Made by a program: the position numbers and the translations under genes | Source: Macrostomum lignano | Taxonomy: Eukaryota | NCBI GenBank assembly: GCA_002269645.1 | Contig: NIVC01002616.1 | Coordinates: 1-64,000 of the forward strand | Direction: 5' to 3' | Length of the DNA stretch: 64,000 bases | Shown here: one piece after another, positions 1 through 11,100 of the stretch | How the letters are laid out: each line of letters begins with the position of its first letter | Numbering within the stretch: position 1 is the first letter of the stretch | Notes under the pieces: generated by a model | What the model was told of the DNA's origin: nothing | What the model saw: only the letters and a program-made list of their open reading frames with translations | Database searches by the model: none

Positions 1-178
1 TACGTGGACTGCCTCCTACGCGACGCCGGGGTGCCCGACACTGCCAACGGGGTGGACTTCGTCCACTCTCAGGCTCTGCGGCGCGCCATCTGACGCACCC
101 TGCTCTGTGACTTTGATTGCGGGACCGCGTGTTTTGTTGTTGTTGTTGTGTGTTGTTGTTGTTGTTGTTTATTGTTGT
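1..178 (+). mobile_element. 3' end of RTE-clade non-LTR retrotransposon with (GTT)n tail
   Basis: Frame 1 reads YVDCLLRDAGVPDTANGVDFVHSQALRRAI* (RTE C-terminal TYxDxLxxD-type motif), then a short 3' UTR and (TTG)n at ~133-178. The 3' UTR (gcaccctgctctgtgactttgattgcgg) is homologous to that of the copy at 45086-45745. Confidence 0.7.
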
Positions 179-399
179 TAAAGTTTTGGAGGGTTTATAG
201 GTGTCGGCAGCAGCTGCACCCAAGGTGCTGCGTGGGGCATTACTCGAAAGGGTGCCGCGGTCTCTCGGTCGGTGGCCGGAATGATTTGCTCAGGGTACTC
301 GCCAATAGGAAAGCTTGATGAGAAGAGCAGCTTGAGAGTCCTGAGTGGTTGTGGCATAGTTTCCATCTATGCACATGTAGGAGAGAGTTGCACTGGACG

Positions 400-655
400 A
401 GATAACAGCTGGTAGTAGCATAAAATTATGCCAGTCATTATCAGCTAAGCAATCCACTTATATAACCTGCCCCATTAATTATTGCATATATAGGGGCTAA
501 AGCTAGAGGATAGTTCAAAGGATATTGCATAGTAATGGGTTAATCAACTGTAATAACTGCTATAAACTGCAGCTTGACTTTTGGACCTCCCGAAAAAACA
601 GTTCTTGAATTTGATAAAAACGCAAACTGTAAACCAGCAACTAACGAAACGAAAT
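400..655. repeat. Unclassified dispersed repeat, copy 1 (copy 2 at ~18640-18885)
   Basis: Shared blocks agtagcataaaattatgcca..tcagctaagcaa, ggctaaagctag, caaaggatattgcatagt, ggacctcccgaaaaaa..cagttcttgaat and ctgtaaaccagc occur in the same order in both copies. Confidence 0.75.
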
Positions 656-3600
656 TGAAAAAAGGATAAAAATTCTTGGGCTGGCGACAGCTGAAGTCAG
701 TCTGTGCGCTTCATCACTTATCGATTTTTCTTGTTTCACTGCCCTGCTAGAGGGGCTGGTGGACTGGCGGACCAACTGGATCAAAGGTCGCAGCAGCTCA
801 TGACAACTACTCAGGATCAAGTGAGAATGCCAATGTAGTGAGTCGCTAGTTTAGTTAGGCGCCGCACTAGTCAGCTGTTGCCCTCGCCCTCGCCCCAGGC
901 TTCTGTCTGCCGCTGGGCAGTTGCCTGTCCCTCCCGTCTGTCCTCTGGCCTGTCCTCTGCCCGTTTGCCTGTCTGTCTGTTTGTCCTCGTCTGCCCCTTT
1001 TGTTTCGTTTTCCCTTTTTGCAGTGCCCAGACAGCTTGGTCTGGCCTGTCTCTGTTTCGTTCTCTGTTTGGCATCTCCAAATTTGGAGTGCCGTTCTGTT
1101 TTCCGGTCTCACGGGCACGAGTGCCTTCACATGTGGGCCTTTTCCCCTTGTCATGTGAGCCAGTCACATGACAAGGCCTTCTTCCTTCTTTAGTCGAAAG
1201 TGCAATGATTTCATCATTGTACGCCGGGCTCGTGTTTATGGGGAGATCACGTGCGCCCGGACCCCTGCCTCCTCTGAGGCAGAACCCGCTTGTTTGTTGC
1301 TAAAAAAAGTAACAGAGTCACTCTTGACTCTCAGCGGGATCTTTCGTGGTATGGTGCAATCGATCCTCCCTATAAAGGCAGCCCCTCTCTTGGCTTGGCT
1401 CAGTCAACCGGCTTTCTCTCCTGTTTTCGAGCCCGAGATTTTCTCAGTTCAAGCCTCTAAGTTTGTGTGCCAAGTTTGCGCTTAAGTTGAACTCCAAGAC
1501 TCCCGACTTTGCGTGTGCCTGCTTCCGTTGCTCCTGCTATCAATTAGCAGGCCAGCTCAGATCGCCCGAAGCTAGCACTTTCGCTCTCACCCGCACCAGC
1601 CCGGCAGGGACTGCTGACGCCTGACGGTGGGCACCTCTGCGCCAGAACTGCTAAATCTGCACGAAGTGCGAGTCTCTTTCTCTCGTCTTAGTTATTTGCT
1701 TCTCCAAGCTCAGCACCTCACCGAAGGCTGCGACTCTGCGAAGCTGGTGGCAGCACTACCAACGCTACTAGATCAACCGGAGACTTCCCAGAAGAGCTCA
1801 AGGTAGGCAGCTCACGTGACTGATTGGGAAGCAAAGAGTAACAAATACTTCACCAACAGGATAACAATTTCTGCACTCTGAACCCTGCTGGTAGTCAAAG
1901 CTTAAATGTCATCCAGCAGTTGAGTTGCGATAACGTTATTGATAATATCATAAAAGCTGAGTTTTATTCTAGCATAAATGTACATCTTGGGTTGTTGCAC
2001 GCGGTCAATAATTCATGTACGCAGTGAGACGGTAAAACTTTTTGCATGCGTTCTGTAGCCTTTACATATAAATGTTTTATTACACCATTATTTTGCCGTT
2101 AAAAACCATGCCTTATATTCGTAATCCATTGCACAACTTACTCTTTTGTAAAAAAACTTATATACTCGTACAACTATTTCTTTTATATATATACTAAATC
2201 ATTTATTATTCGCTGTTTCCAGTATAATGCACATCCAATAATAAATTTATCTTAATACGCTCGTACAGTACGTGCGCCATTAGACCAAAAATACGTTCAG
2301 TTAGGGACGTACAGACTCTCCCCCAAACACCTGCCTATCCCCCGGTTGAACAAGCGTGTGTCTTCCCCCGTCCCCCTTCTCCAGACGTTCACCCAGGTGT
2401 ACTGCCTTATCCCCAATCTAGACGTTTTGTCTATCCCCTGGCATTTGCCTATCCCTTTACTCGTACCCCTTTTAAACACACCTTTATCCATTAGGCGCCT
2501 TGCCTCCTTATTTCCTCTGGTATTCTGCCATTCCCCATCCCCAAGTCCTTTCCCCCATCATAATGATGGGTTTCGGCCTTTTCGGCCCCTTTCGGGAAGC
2601 CTTCGGGCCTCAGGTCTCAGAAATAAATCAATTAGAGTCCTGGCCCCCCACTCCTGTCAGATGGTCAGCCCCATGGTAGCTTGATCGTGTGGCGAGCAGT
2701 CTAGGTCCTATGGCTAAGAGAGGGACAGCGAGAGACAAGCAGGGAGAATTTTGAAGGTAGAGATCAGCTAATCCGCAGATTAACCAACCGCTGCCACCAG
2801 CCCGTGCGTCCTGGCTCACCAAACCGGAACTTTCGAAATCGGGCTTCCGACTAGAGGGGGCATAGCACTTACCTGCCAACTAGTGTCTTTTTGCTGTCAA
2901 TCTCGAAGTCATAGCCGATGATAAGGGACACTGCTGGGACTAGATCGCATTGGCCATGCAGGTACAGAGGGGACTTGTGCAGGGGATTCTTGCAGTGGCG
3001 AGACTATGGGGTAGCTACATGTACTATTCCATTGCTAAATACGAGGAATTGTACTTTTGGCCTTCAACGCGCCAACTAGCCTCTCATAGCGCTGATGATA
3101 GGCTAACTCGAACATCGGAGACCGCATGATTCATTACCCGAGCCGCTTGGCAAACCTAGAGTGCACAAAGTACATCTCTGGCGCCGATTTGCACTATTGG
3201 CAATTTTGCTCACTGATTTGATAGATTGATCGACTGAGAACCGCCTTGCCATTGGTCCACTGTTGACCGGCGCCTACTAGCTTAGCTACTCATCTGAGCC
3301 ATCGGCGAACAAAGAAATAAAACCGATAAAAATAACTGTCAGATTTAACCTTCTCCTTAGATCACTTCACTCTTCAGATCGAATTGGAGTTTCAGACTAC
3401 TAGCAGTATTATTGAATGATTTCTGCCTCAGCAACAGCACTACTGAACAAAATGAGCAAAAGTATGCGCCTAATTCAGCTACTGAAACAGGGGACAGATA
3501 AGGAATCACCCAATCAAGCAAGTCTAGGTAGCCTCTCACCCAACCAATCAGAAACTCAACAGCCGGAGACCAGGTAATCCACAGTGACCGAATCGGCTTA

Positions 3601-5279
3601 GTGCTACGCAGCTGTAGACCCGGGATGATGCTGATGTCACAACCTTCGCAGATAGCTAGCAGGTGATGATCTTAACCTTGATGTTCGCTGCTGACGACCG
3701 GGGGAATTCGTCCTTGATGATGATGGGGGGGAGTCGCGATCCGGGGATCAAGAGACGACGGTCGAGCTCCGGGAGGTCTAAGTTAGGCCAAAGTCCTAGG
3801 AGGTTACCGGGGTTTGAGGTCCGAGCGGGCCAAAAACACCGGTTTAAATAGCCGCCAACTGGACCGCAATTTGTTATAATGCAACACCTTGACGCTGATT
3901 GGCTGAGCCGATTTGTTATAACTGACGTCGAATTTTCTGATTGGCTGAGCTTGTTGCCACCCAAACTCACGTGACCAGAAGATCTTATCAGTTCCCTCAT
4001 GGCCATAAAAATACGACAGGTGCGGTCATAAATCACTCAAAATCGCTATATAATGATTTATGACCTTTCGCGTAGGAATGACAAAAATTAATGAAAAAAT
4101 ATGCATTAGAAAGATCTTATTAAGTAGAAAGTGAAGAGAAATCGCTAATCGCTAATCCGAAAGTACTTTTAGGAGTAAAACGCATAGCTGTCAAAGCTGT
4201 CAAACGCCTGAGTGAACACGAACAATAGGCCCTTACCTCATAAATCTGATGGCCTGTCAAAAATGATGAGAAAAAAGCTACCGCCCGCATCCTCTGGCGC
4301 CAGCCTCAGCATTGAGTGAGGCGCAGGTGGCTGTCAGACGTGCTCAAAAGCAATGATTCATGACCCCAAAAGCAGCAAAACACCGCGCCTATTTTATTAT
4401 AACTACAAGTATGGCCGATTCATATGGCTACAAAAGTCCTACTAGTATGAAGTCTAGAAAAGTTACATAAAAAGAAGAAAAATGCTCATAGCCTGCTGTT
4501 AGTAGGCTAGCAAGTTTGGAACCCATGTGCGAGCGTGAAATTTGGAAAAAAGTGCGTCCTCATCAATAACTTGATAGTATCGATTTATTCCCCCAGCCCA
4601 AAAGGTCCGTAACAAATTGGTGACTCAGCGGTGGAATTCCATTTATACTCCCCATAACCCTATAACAAATCGGTGACAGCTGTAAGATTAATAAATTCAA
4701 TATTTCCCCCAGAACTTTCCCCTATAACAGTAGAAGCATTCACTTTTAGAAGCTCACAAGTATATAAATCGCTAACTTGGCCAGTTTGGGTATCGCTCAT
4801 TGCCGCTCACTTTATATGTATATCGTGATTACTCTTTGCAGGAGCCCAGAAACAATGCAAAAAAACTGCGAGCATGTTATAAGACGCTGCGTGAGGGGTA
4901 GAAATGGGAGCTGCCGTGTGTACAAAACTGTGTCCTTGGACCGTTCGCAAGCTGAGCGACGTAAATAGCCTACCAGTGAAGTATGCTTGCTTCGCTTGAT
5001 TCGCTTGAGCCAGAGAAAGAGTTGCTCGCATAAAACTCAAGTGTCGGCTCTCTCGGCGAGAAAATCACGTCTTTTATTCATCAGAAAGCAAGAAAATCTT
5101 TTCCTCGTGAGATTTTCTTGCCGAGCAAATCTTGCAAGAAACTCGCAGTTTTTTATTCTTATAAACGCAAGAAATTCTTGGATTTCTTGCAAGAAAAAAA
5201 ATTTCTTTTTTTTATTCATACGGCTCTATACGTGGCGCTTATTGAGTTCCTGTTGGATACTGAAATCGCCGGCTGTAGC

Positions 5280-8168
5280 ATGGCCGAGGGCTTGTTCGAA
5301 AGCTTTGACGAAATCGAGTGCCACTCCAAGTGGCTGCCCGAGCTCAATTGCGACAGCCAAGAAGTTGACAAAATCCTCGAGGAGCTCCATTGGCAAAGCG
5401 ACAATTATCCTTGGCTGAAAGGTTTATGCTTGCTCGCCATCGCGCACCTGCACACTCTGCCAGGGTCATGTGACATCGAAAAGGCACGAGAGAAACTCGA
5501 ATCGATTAAGCCGTGTGAAGCAGTTTCAGGTGATCTGCCACAGCCGGATGTTAAATTTCTAGTTAAAGCAATGGAGCTCAAACTTCGAATAATGGAGTCA
5601 CAACCAAGTCTGCCATCCAAATACAAAGACCGGCTGGAGGAATTGTCAAACCTGTGGAAAGATAAGTCAGTTCAGGCCACTTGCTTTGTTGCCAAAGGCT
5701 GGACAATGCACTGGTTTGCTGTCGGCAATAATCGAGAGGATTCTTTCCAAATTTGTGCTTCGTCTTTGTTAAAAGCGAAATCAATTATTGAAGGCGTAAC
5801 TGGTGAAACTGAGAAGCTTAAAGTGGTTGAATTTATCTGCCTGTACAGTTTGGCGTTCGCCTTCTTCCGGAGACGAGAAAATCACCATCGACTGTGCAAT
5901 GATGAGTTTGTCTGCTGGGACAATGCGTACAAAATTTTGACAGACAAAGAGTGGCGGCATCCAATTTTCTTGCTGGAGTTCGCTAGGGCAGTCTCTTGTT
6001 CACCTGGTCACGTAGAGTTGTGCAAAAAACTGTTAGCGGAAGAGAAAAAAAATCGAGAACAACAGGAGAAGTATTATCAAACGTACATCATTTTGCCGGA
6101 TATATTTTCGTGGCTGAAGAAGACACGAAAAAATGAAACATTTTTGATCGAACTTGAAGAAGATATCAGCAGTTTGCTTGAAGAAGGAAGAAAAATCGAA
6201 AAACTACAACAACATAAAAAATTTTTGCGTCGAATAGTTGAGTTTCTAATCAGCTGCTCAAGACGAGAAGACGCCAGAGAGCTGTTGCAGAACACAAAGG
6301 AGGAGAGGAACACAGAGCTCTATAGGCCATCCAGCAAATACTGGTTCGAAATAACGCTGATCGCTTTAGAAATACCCAAAACAGCCAAGGGATGCCAGAA
6401 GCTACAGCCTAAAGAGATCGAATCCTTCCTATACCGACTAGAAAACCTGTGCACAAACGTTCCGTCAAAAGCAAGGCAAGTTCGACTGACAAAAGGCATT
6501 TTTTTAATAAAGTGCGGCTACATCGATGAGGGCATGAAGTGCTTAGCGTGGGCCATGAATGACTACCTGCATCCAGCACAAAGCTTCAAGCCGTTTTTGC
6601 CAAAAGAAATTACAGAAGCTAAAACGGTTTTAGAAGAAACAACGGACAAAAAAAAGTACCTGAATTGGGTTGAAAGTCAATTCGAAACTCATTCGGCATT
6701 TTATCACGTCGATGACTCGATACAAAAGTACCAGACTGAGCTGAATAGGCAGGATTTAACAGAAGATGAGACATTTTTCATTACCGAGCACCTCGGAAGG
6801 CTGCTGTTGAGGAAGTACAGGTTTGAAGAGGCGGAGCAAAAGTTCAGGTCTCTGCCTGAGGCTCTGGAGCACAAAAACGCAATGATTGCTGACTCCCTCT
6901 TGTGTCAGGCAGAGAGCTTGTCGAGCGGTGATGACGTCACAGAAGTATGCAAGGCCAAGCTACAGGAGTTTAAAGCACAGCCAGATAATGCAGTCCACAC
7001 AACCAGCATCGGGATGCGGCTGTACCTGCTGAACGAGTGTGCAAAGCTGGGCTGCAGAGACGCCATTCATGAGGCGCTGCTACTGCTGGAGGACATCCGG
7101 AAGCAGAGTCACAGAGATCACTTGTTGCAGCAAGCTCCAAACCATTTGTTCCTGCACAGCACTTGCGTCTACGTGTTCTGCTCTCGGCTGCTTCGGCTGA
7201 GAGAGCGGGGCTTCCAAATTGAGCGAAGAAAAAGTTTTGTAGACTCTGGCGGTGACCAGATGGGTGACATGCTGGACAAAGTAGAGCAAATCTTGGCCAC
7301 TGAGTTGTATCCCAGAAGAATTCGACTGAAAATGACACAGCTGAGCTTGAAGTATGAATCAGTAGAGGAAATGCTTCAGAGTCCCGAGGCTGAGCGCAGC
7401 ATTTGGCACACGCTGGAGGAGTCCCGAAAAGCACTCGATAGCTTCTGGGCTCAATTCGTCTCTAAAGTGGAGAAGCAGAAACATGGCTCCCAGTCTAAAG
7501 CGATATATTATCCATATTATCCATTTGCCCGCCGTGATTTGAAAAGCAGCAATGATAGTTTTTCAAACCTTTTCAAAAACAATTGGAGAGATCAAGCAAA
7601 ACTGTTTACTTCACTGTTGCAAACCATGAAAAGCACTGTTGAATGTCTCGACAAGGCTAATGAGAACGGAGTTGAAATTAATGCATGCGTGAAGGATCTG
7701 GAAGATATTGACGAAGCTAAGTTAAAAGATGAAGTGTCAGATGACCAGCTAAACGATTTCAAACAGCAGCTGGAGAAGCTCAAGCAATTTTTCAACCCTG
7801 CTACCACTGACCCAATTAAGTCAAATCAATTCGCAGGCTCAATCAAGAGGCTTAGAAATTCCAGTGAGAAATTTAACGAAATGCTACAGAAACCATTCCC
7901 ACTCGCGTTTCGAGCGAATGACGAAGTCTGTAAATGGATGATACGGAAGGAAGAGGCCATTGATTCTAACCACGGTTGTTGGCATGTACACTGGTGCGAC
8001 GAAGTCAACTCAGATAAGCACATTTATCCGGTTGATGTTGCCAAATTCAACGAAAAAATCAAAGAAAGATTTAATCAGAAGCAGAGTGGGCCAGTAGATG
8101 TTCTGGCTTTGGCTCATTACGCTGCGGAATTCGCTGAAGAGGCCAGGCTCGTTCTCGAAGAGTACACG
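5280..8168 (+). CDS. Exon 1 (963 codons): helical TPR-like region with C-terminal HEPN-like segment
   Basis: Uninterrupted 2.9 kb ORF (track ORF 5118-8183). First ATG is 5280. A strong GTAAGT donor at 8169 lies just before the ORF stop. Confidence 0.85.
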
Positions 8169-11100
8169 GTAAGTTTTTCTTAATTCTATGTTTTAAGAAT
8201 CAAAGTATCTGTTTTTTGATTAGACATTGTAAAATGGAGATCACCAAACAAAGATGATTCAAATGCTGTTTTTAAGCTCTTTTCGATAGTGTAGCAGGTG
8301 TAATTTTACTTATTTGTTCGATCTCGCAATTTCCACTAAATACCACCAAGTTGTAGCAGATTTATTTGTTCTGCCTAATTGAATCACTCCGTTTGTCAAC
8401 AAGTTACCAACGTATGACTCTTTTCTAGGAAATTTCCTGATTCACTAGATTTCTTTGGTAAGACACTGTTCTAAATTCATAAATTAAGCCCGAAATTACA
8501 GCGTTTCCGGGGACCAAGGGTGTCCGGCGGCGAGCCTTAATACCTAATATTTGTCTGTCTTCTAATGCCTAATAATTAACATCTAATCTTATGACCTTCT
8601 TAATACCCCTTGAGGCTGTACGGCTTTATCTCTACTGGGTCTGTTCGACCTCTATTGCCTGTGCGGCCTTTTTCCTACTTCTGGGTCTGTACGACCTTTA
8701 TTGCCTGTACGGTCGTTTCCCTACTTCTGGGATAAGAAATGAATAAGCAAAGATCATCTGTCAGCAGAAATTTCCTTTATCAAAAGAGGCAAGCTAGGAA
8801 CAAACTGGAGCTTGCTCAAGTTAGCTAGTTTTATTTTCATGCCAGGCGAAGCCTTTTTATAGTAAACAAAGGGGTGTCACGCCTCCCCTGAAGAGAGAAT
8901 TCGGTCGATACAATATGCCCTGAAAACTACTGATTTCCCATGAATCTATGACCCAGCAGAAGTCTAAAAAAGCAATCCTAGAAATCCTATCGCATTGTCT
9001 GCACAGTGTACAGGCATGCAATTAGGATTTTGACTTTAGTTTATATCGGTGTAGAATGAAACTAATCCATTCTGCCAGAGCCTCAGAAGTTGGCCTTCAT
9101 GGCTGAGAATGGCCTCAGGCCAATCGCACGGAATCGAACCAACTATACATGCATAAATTTTCGCAAGAGGCAGCTGCTCAGCCTCTCAATTGCACTCTTG
9201 GGCTTCATCAGTTGTTTATTATTAAAGTGCAGCCGAGCTCTGGCAGCCCATCTCAATTCTGTCCAGCTCTCGGCCTGCCCAGGACAGTGTGGGACTCACA
9301 TGTAGGCTGATTTTGGATTTCACACGGTTTATCTGTGCACTGCGGCTGCCTGGCTTTTTTATTGTATTTTGCACTTGGTGACCGGCAATTTAGCATTTCA
9401 CTGCTGAGATTTGTCAACTCGACAGCTCAGCTTCTCTACTCTCTATAAGATCCCAGCTCAGATCATGCAGAATCCGCTCAATAAACGCTTGTTTTCTCAT
9501 GCTTCAAGAAAGCGCTAAACTATCAAAAAAGTGCAGCTGGCTGTCAGCTCAGCCTCCGCCCGTCATCTCTGAGCACAGAAGCGAAGGTGCAGTGAGGGGG
9601 CAGGCAGGGTGCTCAAGCACAATGCAGAGTCTCCATTGTGCGAGGCTGGGGCTGCAACTCATTCGGGAGCAGCCGCCACTGCAGCCTCAGACAGCTCAGG
9701 TTTGCGCTGCTCATCTCGGCAGCCTCATCGCTAATTAAATCTATAACCTTCATCTGGAACGGCCCCACCCAGCTCAGCACTCGCAGTGCGACAGTCTGGC
9801 GTGATAAAAGGCGGCAAAGAGAAAACTGCTCGAGTTCGCAATCACCCCATACTGGCCTCTCGAACCACCCAACCCCCCGGCAACTCCTGCCTGCCTGAGA
9901 TAATAAACAAGTCTAGCTGGAATGCAGCTCCATCCAGCTCACTACTCAAAACAGAGACCGAGCTCTGCAGGGAGGCTGGCAGAGCGGTGCGCCGGCCTGA
10001 GAATAGCGAGCGAGCAGAGATAATTACTGCTTGAGGTTAAGCTGGCCTCTCTAAACACCCGCTCCCTACAGCTCAAGACTGCTTTTTGTCATAAATAAGG
10101 CATTGTTGCCATGCTTGAATCTCAGAATTTGATGGCTCTCAGGCCATTCAGTGCGGCTCAAGCCTGTCTGTTGCTGCTGGCTGCAGGTGGCAGGAATGCG
10201 AAATGCAGTGAGCTGCTGCGGCCGAGAGCTGGACAGAGTTGAGATGGGCTGCCGGAGCTCGGCTGCACTTTAATAATAAACAACTGATGAAGCCCGAGAC
10301 TGCAATTGAGGGGCTGAGCAGCTGCCTCTTGCGAAAATTTATGCATGTATAGTTGGTTCGATTCCGTGCGATTGGCCTGAGGCCATTCTCAGCCATGAAG
10401 GCCAACTTCTGAGGCTCTGGCAGAATGGATTAGTTTCATTCTACACCGATATAAACTAAAGTCACTGTACTAATTGCATGCCTGTACACTGTGCAGACAA
10501 TGCGATAGGATTTCTAGGATTGCTTTTTTAGACTTCTGCTGGGTCATAGATTCATGGGAAATCAGTAGTTTTCAGGGCATATTGTATCGACCGAATTCTC
10601 TCTTCAGGGGAGGCGTGGTGTGGGGTGCATCGTAATTGGCGGGGACAACTTAAAACAAAATTAGATGAAAATTTTATCAGAAATAGGATTTACAACAAAT
10701 AATACCGTATTAAAACAAAAAATTTATTTTTGGTTGCTAAATTAGCAACCATTGCGATTTTTGGTCGCATGTAGCTACTTATAGTAATGAAATGGGGATT
10801 GGCAGACCCCACTTTAATAGCGAAAGGTAGACGTGTGAAATACTTTGCTAAGCTATGATATCAGCATAAATTTAAATTCACCTAGAAGCTCGGCTGGAAA
10901 TAAAAAATACGGATTCTATTCAACTTTTTCTATTCTCAAACACTGTTTTCAAGCTCTTATAGATTAATTTGAGAACCGAAAGTAGTGGGTTAAAATTTGC
11001 ATACATTTAATTTACCGACTGATTTATAAGACTCGGTTTACAACCAATATACCCTTGTATCATAAAACTAAATTCGATTTGCAGTACCCAGAGGTAACCA

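Noticed and set aside
867-1485. Cluster of overlapping ~100-aa ORFs on both strands
   Set aside because: Low-complexity ctgt-rich sequence with no domain motif or splice-consistent model.
2864-2875. ACTTACCTG resembling the U1 snRNA 5' end
   Set aside because: Only 9 nt, with no U1 stem-loops or Sm site. It equals a reverse-strand donor-like motif.
3375-3575. Possible orphan exon (cttcag..ag|gtaatc) upstream of the TPR gene
   Set aside because: No recognisable protein and no compatible acceptor found to link it.
5118-5279. N-terminal extension of the 1021-aa ORF
   Set aside because: It starts at a non-ATG codon and crosses an A/T-rich region with a small hairpin (5052-5125). The first ATG at 5280 aligns with the IFIT-like start.
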